A model generated the notes under the pieces. The model was given only the letters and a program-made list of their open reading frames with translations, made no database searches and was not told the origin of the DNA. 64,000 nt of DNA, from positions 4,923-68,922 of the forward strand of contig JBKJPX010000103.1 of NCBI GenBank assembly GCA_046594215.1, read 5' to 3'. Shown here piece after piece: positions 55,577 to 64,000 of this stretch (positions within the stretch are counted from its first letter, which is position 1; every line of letters begins with the position of its first letter). The DNA is from Panacagrimonas sp. Its GTDB lineage: Bacteria > Pseudomonadota > Gammaproteobacteria > Nevskiales > Nevskiaceae. The translations under genes were made by a program, and so were the position numbers.

Positions 55577-56811
55577 AAGCCTCCGAGATCAGCTTCATGG
55601 ATCCGCAGATCCAGAAGTGCCCGTTCGAGGCCTACAAGGTCGTGCGCGAGGCCGGGCCGGTCTTCGTGGACCCGGCGACGGGCTGGTTCGTGATCAGCGA
55701 CTACGAGCTCGTGCGCAAGCTCACGGCCGACGCGGAGAACCTGTCGAGCTTCACCGGCATCCTGATGTGCAAGCAGAAGTCCGCGGTGCAGGACAAGATC
55801 GACCACATCTACGAGGAAGAGGGCTATCCGCCGATCCCGCTGCTGGTCGTGGGCGATCCGCCGGATCACCGCTTCCACCGCTCGCTCGTCGACAAGGCGT
55901 TTACGCCTGCGCGCGTCAGGATGATGGAGGCCTATCTCGAGGGCGTGGTCGACGAGGTCATCGACCAGCTCATCGACAAGCCCGAGGTGGAGTTCCGCGC
56001 CGACTTCGCGACGATCATCCCGCAGGCCGTGATCGCCGACCAGCTCGGCATGCCCCGCTCGGATCTTCCGCGTCTGAAGCGCTGGACGGATGCCGTCGTG
56101 TCCAACCAGGACCAGTCGAACAGCCCGGAGCGCCAGTTCGAGCTCGCCCACATCATCTGCGAGCTGCATCGCTACGCGGTGGCGAAGATCGAGGAATATC
56201 GCAAGTCGCCGCGCGAGTGCCTGCTCAGCGACTTCGCCAACGCCAGTGTCGACGGCCGCATGCTGACGATGCAGGAAGCCGCCGCGTTGTGCGAGCAGGT
56301 CATGGCGGGCGGCAACGATTCCAGCGCCAACGCCATCCTCAACGCACTCGTGCGACTGATCGAGCAACCCGAACTGCAGGACCGGCTGCGCGACGATCCG
56401 ACGCTGATCAACACGTTCGTCGAGGAGGTGCTGCGGCTCGACGCGCCCGTCCAGGGCCTGTTTCGCGAGCCCAAGCAGGACATGGAAATCGGTGGCGTGA
56501 AGATTCCCAAGGGTTCGGTCGTGGTGCTCAAGTGGGGCTCGGCCAACCGTGACCCCGCCCAGTTCGCAGAGCCGGATCGCATCGACCTGAAGCGCGCCAA
56601 TGCGAGTCGGCACATGACGTTCGGCTTCGGCCCGCATGTCTGTGTCGGCAACCAGCTCGCGCGGGGCGAAATGCGCATCTCGATCTCCAAGCTGCTCGCC
56701 CGAACGCGCAGGCTTCGTTTCACGCGCGGCGCCGAGGACAGCGTCGTGCGGGATCCCCATTTCTTCGTGTACGGGCCGCGTGCCGTGTACGCGAGCTTCG
56801 ACAAGGCTTAA
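55573..56811 (+). CDS. Cytochrome P450
   Basis: FGFGPHVCVGNQLARGE heme-thiolate loop, EEVLRLD (ExxR) and AGGNDSS I-helix. Its ATG overlaps the Rieske gene stop (ATGA). Confidence 0.93.
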   Translation: MKASEISFMDPQIQKCPFEAYKVVREAGPVFVDPATGWFVISDYELVRKLTADAENLSSFTGILMCKQKSAVQDKIDHIYEEEGYPPIPLLVVGDPPDHRFHRSLVDKAFTPARVRMMEAYLEGVVDEVIDQLIDKPEVEFRADFATIIPQAVIADQLGMPRSDLPRLKRWTDAVVSNQDQSNSPERQFELAHIICELHRYAVAKIEEYRKSPRECLLSDFANASVDGRMLTMQEAAALCEQVMAGGNDSSANAILNALVRLIEQPELQDRLRDDPTLINTFVEEVLRLDAPVQGLFREPKQDMEIGGVKIPKGSVVVLKWGSANRDPAQFAEPDRIDLKRANASRHMTFGFGPHVCVGNQLARGEMRISISKLLARTRRLRFTRGAEDSVVRDPHFFVYGPRAVYASFDKA

Positions 56812-56815
56812 GCCC

Positions 56816-57577
56816 ATGGCCCGCCTCTTCGACGGCAAGGTCGTGATCGTCACCGGCGCCGGTGGCGCCATCGGCCGCGCGGCGGCGCTGGGCTTTGCGG
56901 CCGAGGGCGCAAAGGTCGGCGTGTCCGACATCAACGGCGACAGCGGCGCCGAGACCGTGAAGCTCATCGAGCGCGCGGGCGAGGAGGCGTTGCTGATCGT
57001 GGGCGACGTGTCGCTCGATGCCGACGTGAAGGCGCTCGTGGACCGCACCGTCGCACGCTTCGGCGGTCTGGACTGCGCTTTCAACAACGCCGGCATCACG
57101 AGCCCGGACGACGGCAAGTGGGACGAGGCCGTGTTCCGCCGCATCCTGGACGTGAACCTCACCAGCCAGATGCTGTGCATGAAGCATCAGATCCCGCACA
57201 TGATCGAGCGCGGCAAGGGCTCGATCGTGAACATGTCCTCGATCATGGGCGTGATCAGTTCGCGCGAGCCGATCCAGCTGGGCTACACCGCGAGCAAGCA
57301 CGCCGTGATCGGCCTGACGAAAGCCGCCGCGTTGCAGAACGCGCGGCACAACATCCGCGTCAACGCGCTGTGCCCGGGGGTCACGCGCAGCGCAATGGTG
57401 GAGGCCGCGATGGCGATGAGCGACGCCATCCGCGAGCACCTGTCGAACTATGCGCCGCTCAGGGGCGTGGCCGAGCCCTCGGAGATCGCGGAGTGCGCGA
57501 TCTGGCTGTGCTCGGACAAGTCGAGTTTCGTGACCGGGCACGCGCTGGTCGCGGACGGGGCCTACACGGTGCAGTGA
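56816..57577 (+). CDS. Classical short-chain dehydrogenase/reductase
   Basis: TGAGGAIG, NNAG and YTASK (YxxxK) motifs. 253 aa. Confidence 0.9.
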   Translation: MARLFDGKVVIVTGAGGAIGRAAALGFAAEGAKVGVSDINGDSGAETVKLIERAGEEALLIVGDVSLDADVKALVDRTVARFGGLDCAFNNAGITSPDDGKWDEAVFRRILDVNLTSQMLCMKHQIPHMIERGKGSIVNMSSIMGVISSREPIQLGYTASKHAVIGLTKAAALQNARHNIRVNALCPGVTRSAMVEAAMAMSDAIREHLSNYAPLRGVAEPSEIAECAIWLCSDKSSFVTGHALVADGAYTVQ

Positions 57578-57654
57578 TCGAGGGCGTTGCTTTTGGGGTT
57601 CGCAGCCGGGTCGAAGAACCAGGGCGCGTATCGAATATCAGGAGGAGGAGAACG

Positions 57655-60276
57655 ATGAACAAGCACTTCGCGGCGCTGAAGGGACTTGCGCTGCTGGCCG
57701 TGCCCCTGGCGCTGGCCGCACAGGAGCCGGCGGCGGAACCCAATCCGGAGGGGACGGCGCCGACCGCGGAGATCGCCGCGCCTGCGGCGGATGCGAGCCC
57801 CACGCCCGAGCTGGTGCCAACGATCCCGGTTGCCGATACGCGGGTCCCGCAGGAAAAGCCGAAGGTCGAAGAACCGGCGGCGCCCGGCGAGGGAATCCAG
57901 GAAATCATCGTCACCGCGCAGAAGCGCTCGCAGCGCATCGACGAGGTGCCCATTGCGATCAGCGCGTTCAACGGCGATCAGCTCAACGACCTGGGCGTGA
58001 CCGATACACGCGACCTGAGCCGACTCGTCCCGGGCTTCAACGCCAACGAAAGCGGGCGCGGCAGCACGCTGTTCACGCTGCGCGGTGTGGGCTTCACCGA
58101 CACGACGTATACCGCGACGAACACGGTCGGCACCTACATCGACGAGGTCAACCTGCCGTTCTCGGTAATGACGCGCGGCGCCAATCTCGACATCGAGCGC
58201 GTCGAGGTGCTCAAGGGCCCGCAGGGCACGCTCTACGGCCGCAACACCACCGGCGGCCTGATCAATTACATCGCCAAGGCGCCCACCGACAGCTTCGAGG
58301 CCGGCACGATCACGAGCTTCAGTCGCTTCGAGACGCTGGAGTCCGAGAACTTCATCAGCGGTCCCTTGTTCGACAGCCTCAAGGGCCGTCTCGCGTTCAA
58401 GATCGTGGACTCCTCGAAGGGCTGGCAGAAGAGCAACACACGGCCCGGTGACACCCTCGGCGAGCAGAAGAAGCTGTCCGGGCGCGGATCGCTGGACTGG
58501 GAACCGACCGACGACCTGACGGTGAAATTCCGCATCGAGGGCTGGACCGACAAGAGCGATCCAACAGCCCCGCAGGTTGTCGGCATCATCCCTGGCAATC
58601 CCTTCATCGGTTCGGCAGGCCTCAATCCCGCCGTCGCCAATTACCCCTACGTGTCGAGAAACCACGCCAACCCGCGCGTCGCGGACTGGCCGACGATGGG
58701 TGCGACGGGCGACTTCCCCGGCAAGCTCGACGACAGCTTCCTCATGGAGTCCGCAAAAGCCATCTGGAAGCTCAACGACACGATGGCCTGGACCACGATC
58801 GTGTCCAACCTCAAGAGCGAGTCCCACGACAGCCCGCAGCTGCAGGGCTTCAACGTGACCGAGACCGACCTGCTGACGACCGCGCAGATCAAGTCGCACG
58901 CGCTCGAGACGCGCCTGTCCGACCTGTGGTTCGACGGTCGCTTCAGCTGGAGCCTGGGCGTCAATCTCAGCCGCGACAAGGCCTTCGAAGAGGAGCTGGC
59001 GGACACCACCAACGCCGGTGCGCTGTTCGCGGTCGGCAATCTCTCCGGACAGACTGCTGTCATCGCCGCGCAGCTGCCGGGCTCGCTGGCCGCCTTCCAG
59101 GCGCTGTTGCTGCAGCTGGGCGCGCTGGGACCGTCGCCGGTCTCGAACATGGTGAACATCAACGGCAAGCCGACGATCAAACAGGCGGCGATATTCCTCA
59201 ACACCGATACCGAACTCTCCGAGACGTTCTCGCTGAACCTCGGCGTGCGCTACACCGAGAACAAGCAGGATTTCACGGCCTGCACCTTCGAGCCCGTGGA
59301 AGCGACGGGCGCCGTCGGGCTGAGCAACGTCTTCACCGGCCTGAGCACCGCGGCCGCAGCGCAGTACATGGCCACCCACCCCGGCGAGCTGGGCCGTCCG
59401 ACCGTCGTGCAGAAGGGGGACTGCTTCCCGCTCGGTGAAGACGGCAACAACGATCCCTTCGTCGGCAAGCTCGACGAGGACAACGTGTCGGGCCGCGTCG
59501 CGTTGTCGTGGAAACCGGACAGCGACTCGCACTACTTCGCTGCCATCAGCCGCGGGTTCAAGGCGGGCGGGTTCCCGGTGCTCAACCCGGCGCGCAAGGC
59601 GCAGCTGGTTCCGGTCACGCAGGAAGAACTGCTGTCCTACGAGCTGGGCAGCAAGCTGTCATTCTTCGATCGCAAGCTGCACACCAACCTGACGGGCTTC
59701 TACTACGACTACACCGACAAGCAGCTGCTGACCAAGACGCTGGACCAGGTCTTCGGGCCCCTGCCGATCCTGCAGAACGCGCCGGAATCCCACGTCTACG
59801 GCGTCGAGCTGGAGACGCAGATCGCGCCGTTCCGCGGATTCTTCGTCGCGTTCGCGGGTTCGTACATCAAGACCGAGATCGACAAGTTCGTCGGCCGCAA
59901 CAGCCAGGGCCTCGAGCAGGACTTCGCCGGCCTTCCGTTCAACTTCGCGCCCGAGTGGCAGCTCAGCACCACGGCGGACTACACCTGGGGGCTGACGGAC
60001 CGGCTCGACGTGGGCGTGGGCGTGGACGCGTACTACACGAGCGACACCAACGGCGCGATCGACCAGAACCCGCTGCTCGACATGAACGAGTACTACCTGC
60101 TGGGCGCGCGGCTGCATGTCGGACGAAACGACGGCAACTGGACCGCGACGCTGTTCGGACGAAACCTCACCAACGAGCTGGTGAACCTGGGATCCAACAG
60201 CTTTTCGGAAGCCGTGACGCGCTCGGTCGGGCGGCCGCGGACCTTCGGCGTGACCCTGACCTACCTGTGGCAGTAA
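57655..60276 (+). CDS. TonB-dependent outer-membrane receptor
   Basis: Signal peptide (ALKGLALLAVPLALAAQE), then IQEIIVTAQKR ... VEVLKGPQGTLYGRNTTGG plug motifs, then a long beta-barrel. GGAGGAGGAG RBS before the ATG at 57655. Confidence 0.9.
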   Translation: MNKHFAALKGLALLAVPLALAAQEPAAEPNPEGTAPTAEIAAPAADASPTPELVPTIPVADTRVPQEKPKVEEPAAPGEGIQEIIVTAQKRSQRIDEVPIAISAFNGDQLNDLGVTDTRDLSRLVPGFNANESGRGSTLFTLRGVGFTDTTYTATNTVGTYIDEVNLPFSVMTRGANLDIERVEVLKGPQGTLYGRNTTGGLINYIAKAPTDSFEAGTITSFSRFETLESENFISGPLFDSLKGRLAFKIVDSSKGWQKSNTRPGDTLGEQKKLSGRGSLDWEPTDDLTVKFRIEGWTDKSDPTAPQVVGIIPGNPFIGSAGLNPAVANYPYVSRNHANPRVADWPTMGATGDFPGKLDDSFLMESAKAIWKLNDTMAWTTIVSNLKSESHDSPQLQGFNVTETDLLTTAQIKSHALETRLSDLWFDGRFSWSLGVNLSRDKAFEEELADTTNAGALFAVGNLSGQTAVIAAQLPGSLAAFQALLLQLGALGPSPVSNMVNINGKPTIKQAAIFLNTDTELSETFSLNLGVRYTENKQDFTACTFEPVEATGAVGLSNVFTGLSTAAAAQYMATHPGELGRPTVVQKGDCFPLGEDGNNDPFVGKLDEDNVSGRVALSWKPDSDSHYFAAISRGFKAGGFPVLNPARKAQLVPVTQEELLSYELGSKLSFFDRKLHTNLTGFYYDYTDKQLLTKTLDQVFGPLPILQNAPESHVYGVELETQIAPFRGFFVAFAGSYIKTEIDKFVGRNSQGLEQDFAGLPFNFAPEWQLSTTADYTWGLTDRLDVGVGVDAYYTSDTNGAIDQNPLLDMNEYYLLGARLHVGRNDGNWTATLFGRNLTNELVNLGSNSFSEAVTRSVGRPRTFGVTLTYLWQ

Positions 60277-61037
60277 GGCCGACCTCGTCGTCGCGCGTCG
60301 CGATCGTCACGGGCGGCGCCGCCGGGATCGGGCGCGCCGCAGCGCTGTGCCTGGCGCGGGACGGGGTAGATGTCGTCATCGCGGATCTCGATGCCGACGG
60401 CGGGAAGGAAACGGTGTCGCAGGTCGAGGCCCTGGGGCGCGCCGCGATCTTCGTGCGCACCGACGTGGTCTGCGATGACGATTGCGCGCGCATGGTGGCG
60501 CGCACGCTGGAGCGCTTCGGACGGCTGGATATCGGGTTCAACAACGCCGGCGTCACCGGCCCGTCCGCACGCACGGCGGACTACGGCCTCGAGAACTGGA
60601 AACGCGTTCTCGACGTCAACCTCACCGGCGTTTTCAACTGCATGACGCACCAGCTGCGCGTGATGTGCAGCAACGGCGGCGGCGCGATCGTCAACACGGC
60701 GTCGGTCATGGGATTGAACGGCACGATCGGCGGCTCCGCGTATTGCGCTTCGAAGCACGGCGTCATCGGCCTGACCAAGACCGCGGCGCTGGAATACGGC
60801 CGCCACGCCGTCCGGGTCAACGCAATCTGCCCCGGCTTCATCGCCACCGCCATGACCACCGGTGCGCAGGCGCCGTTCGGTGAGAAGGGCCTGAAGGCGG
60901 GCCTGCAGCGCGCGGCGATCCGTCGGCTGGCGACCCCGCAGGAGGTGGGCGAGGTGGTGGCCTGGCTGTGTTCGGAGCGCGCGTCGTACGTGACCGGCGC
61001 GGTGCACACCGTAGACGGCGGCTACAGCGCTTCATGA
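60267..61037 (+). CDS. Classical short-chain dehydrogenase/reductase (paralog type of 56816..57577)
   Basis: TGGAAGIG, NNAG and YCASK motifs. The only in-frame start near the N-terminus is the GTG at 60267, which overlaps the TBDR end by 10 nt. Confidence 0.82.
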   Translation: MAVRPTSSSRVAIVTGGAAGIGRAAALCLARDGVDVVIADLDADGGKETVSQVEALGRAAIFVRTDVVCDDDCARMVARTLERFGRLDIGFNNAGVTGPSARTADYGLENWKRVLDVNLTGVFNCMTHQLRVMCSNGGGAIVNTASVMGLNGTIGGSAYCASKHGVIGLTKTAALEYGRHAVRVNAICPGFIATAMTTGAQAPFGEKGLKAGLQRAAIRRLATPQEVGEVVAWLCSERASYVTGAVHTVDGGYSAS

Positions 61038-61059
61038 ACGGAAACCCCCGGAGACGGCG

Positions 61060-62208
<1,149 letters not shown>

Positions 62209-62266
62209 ATCCTGGCTTCGATCCCGATCGGCGCCGTTTCACGACCTTCCGCAGGAGCGTCTTCCC

Positions 62267-63238
62267 ATGAAATCACAACCCGACAGCGCGACCCTGGTCT
62301 CGATCTACCGGAAGATGACGGCGATCAAGTTCCACGACGATCGCTTCATCGCGCAGATGAAGGCCGGCAAGCTCTCGATGCCGTACTACTCGGCCCGTGG
62401 CCAGGAGTGCATCCCCGCGGCGATCAGCGTGCAGCTCGCCGACGAGGACTATCTGGTCACGATCTATCGTGGCATCCACGACATGATCGCCAAGGGCGTG
62501 CCGCCCAAGCTGATCTGGGCCGAGCTCGCGGGGCGCAGCACCGGTGCGTGCAAGGGCAAGGGCGGTCCGATGCACATCACGCATCCCGCCACGGGCTGCA
62601 TGGTGACCACGGGGGTGGTCGGCGCGGGCATGCCGATCGCCTGTGGCCTGGCGCTGGCCGCGCAGCTGCGCGGCGAGAAGCGGGTGACGGTGAGCAACTT
62701 CGGCGACGGCGCCGCCAACATCGGCGCCTTCCACGAATCCCTGAACCTGGCCAGCGTCTGGAAGCTGCCGGTGATCTTCGTCTGCCAGAACAATCGGTAC
62801 GCCGAGCACACCGCGTTCGCCAAGGGCACCTCGGTGGAGCGCATCGCGGATCGCGCGAGCGCTTACGGCATGCCTGGCGTGCGGGTGGACGGCAACGACC
62901 CGCTGGCGGTCTACGATGCGGCGCGCGAGGCCATCGAGCGTGCGCGCGGCGGCGGCGGGCCCACCTTGATCGAGGCCATGACCTTCCGCTTGAACGGCCA
63001 CCTGATCGGCGATACCGGGCACTACATGCCGAAGGAGGAATACGCGGCGGCGGTCGCGGCTGATCCCTATCCGAGGTATCGCGCGTGGATCATCGAAAAG
63101 GCTCACGCCACCGCGGCAGACCTCGACCGGATCGACGCGACCGTGACGGCTGAAGTCGACGACGCCGTGACCTTCGGTTTCGCCAGCCCCCTGACCGATG
63201 TCGCGGAACTGTCGCGCGACGTCTACGCCGCCGCCTGA
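62267..63238 (+). CDS. Thiamine-diphosphate-dependent 2-oxoacid dehydrogenase E1 component, alpha subunit (acetoin/pyruvate/BCKA type)
   Basis: YRGIHD, and GDGAANIGAFHESLNLASVWKLPVIFVCQNNRYA (TPP motif). 323 aa from the ATG at 62267. Confidence 0.88.
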   Translation: MKSQPDSATLVSIYRKMTAIKFHDDRFIAQMKAGKLSMPYYSARGQECIPAAISVQLADEDYLVTIYRGIHDMIAKGVPPKLIWAELAGRSTGACKGKGGPMHITHPATGCMVTTGVVGAGMPIACGLALAAQLRGEKRVTVSNFGDGAANIGAFHESLNLASVWKLPVIFVCQNNRYAEHTAFAKGTSVERIADRASAYGMPGVRVDGNDPLAVYDAAREAIERARGGGGPTLIEAMTFRLNGHLIGDTGHYMPKEEYAAAVAADPYPRYRAWIIEKAHATAADLDRIDATVTAEVDDAVTFGFASPLTDVAELSRDVYAAA

Positions 63239-63250
63239 GGAGCCATCACC

Positions 63251-64000
63251 ATGAGCGAACAGATCAACACTCTGCAGGCGATCAACTGGGCCCTGGACGA
63301 TGCGATGGCGGCCGACCGCAACGTCATCGTCTTCGGCGAGGAAGTGGCCGACGGTGAGGGCGGCGGCATCATGGGCGCCACCAAGGGCCTGTCGCAGAAA
63401 TACGGCTCGCGCGTCCGTTCCACACCGATCTCGGAGATGGGCTTCGTCGGCGCCGCGGTGGGCGCCGCGATCGTCGGCATGCGGCCGGTGGTCGAGATCA
63501 TGCTGATGAACTTCGTCGCGGTATGCATGGACCAGATCACCAATCACGCGGCCAAGCTGCGCTTCATGTCCGGCGGCCAGACGCACGTGCCGATGGTGAT
63601 CCGCACCATGACCGGCTCGGGCTTCCAGACCGGCGGCCAGCACGCGGATTTCCTCGAGGCCTGGTTCTGCCACACCGCTGGCATCAAGGTCGTGGCGCCA
63701 TCGAACCCGGCCGACGCCTACGGGCTGATGCTCGGTGCGATCCGGGACGAGGATCCCGTGATGTTCATTGAACACTTCCCGGGCTACTGGAACCCGGGCC
63801 CGGCGCCAGAGCGCGGCAAGGCGATTCCGATAGGCGAGGCCAAGGTGGTCAAGGCCGGCAAGGACGTGACCCTGATCGGCTACAGCCGATCAATGCTCGA
63901 CATCCCCGTGGTCGCGGCCACCCTGGCCAAGGACGGCATCGACGCCGAGATCATCGATCTGCGAACGGTGAGTCCCCTGGACATGGACACGATCCTGACT
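63251..64000 (+). CDS. 2-oxoacid dehydrogenase E1 component, beta subunit (3' end beyond the window)
   Basis: From the ATG at 63251 the frame stays open to the window end. MSEQINTLQAINWALDDAM...VFGEEV...STPISEMGFVGAAVGAA...FIEH is a typical E1-beta. Confidence 0.88.
   Translation, partial: MSEQINTLQAINWALDDAMAADRNVIVFGEEVADGEGGGIMGATKGLSQKYGSRVRSTPISEMGFVGAAVGAAIVGMRPVVEIMLMNFVAVCMDQITNHAAKLRFMSGGQTHVPMVIRTMTGSGFQTGGQHADFLEAWFCHTAGIKVVAPSNPADAYGLMLGAIRDEDPVMFIEHFPGYWNPGPAPERGKAIPIGEAKVVKAGKDVTLIGYSRSMLDIPVVAATLAKDGIDAEIIDLRTVSPLDMDTILT

Overview
High-GC (about 65-70%) proteobacterial chromosome segment, densely coding, with roughly 55 genes. The order serC-serA-pheA-hisC-tyrA-aroA ... cmk-rpsA-ihfB-lapA-lapB is the beta/gammaproteobacterial type. 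The window falls into three blocks. (1) 0-26 kb is a core backbone: aromatic amino-acid and serine genes, cmk, ribosomal protein S1, IHF-beta and LapAB, preceded by a GGDEF-EAL gene tail and a vapBC-like toxin-antitoxin pair. This backbone is interrupted twice. An ~11.4 kb envelope-modification/oxygenase segment lies between aroA and cmk: phosphoethanolamine transferase, ATP-grasp-like orphan, flippase, GT2, acyltransferase-3, SDR, Baeyer-Villiger monooxygenase and AraC. A ~1.2 kb AT-rich (~42-45% GC) insert sits in the last codons of rpsA. It is bounded by a 23-bp direct repeat and leaves a relic rpsA tail plus the native terminators downstream. (2) 26-43 kb holds a DsbA-like protein, a 1922-aa alpha-2-macroglobulin translationally coupled to PBP1C, aldehyde dehydrogenase, an HSL-type esterase, an RlmA-like methyltransferase, a B12-binding radical SAM protein, ferredoxin reductase and ChrA. 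(3) 43-64 kb is an acyl-CoA-type catabolic region. It holds a single-chain tandem family III CoA-transferase, YaeQ, two gene remnants, a SnoaL-like protein and AraC. These are followed by an apparent operon of acyl-CoA ligase, an alpha/beta-type ACAD pair, a Rieske oxygenase coupled to a P450, SDR, a TonB-dependent receptor, SDR, ACAD and 2-oxoacid dehydrogenase E1 alpha/beta. I recognise no rRNA, tRNA, CRISPR array, transposase or integrase, and no known defence system. The most unusual signals are the rpsA 3'-end insertion, the fused CoA-transferase, and the Rieske-P450-TBDR catabolic operon that lacks a ferredoxin. All functional calls rest on motif and family recognition by eye, not on database searches.
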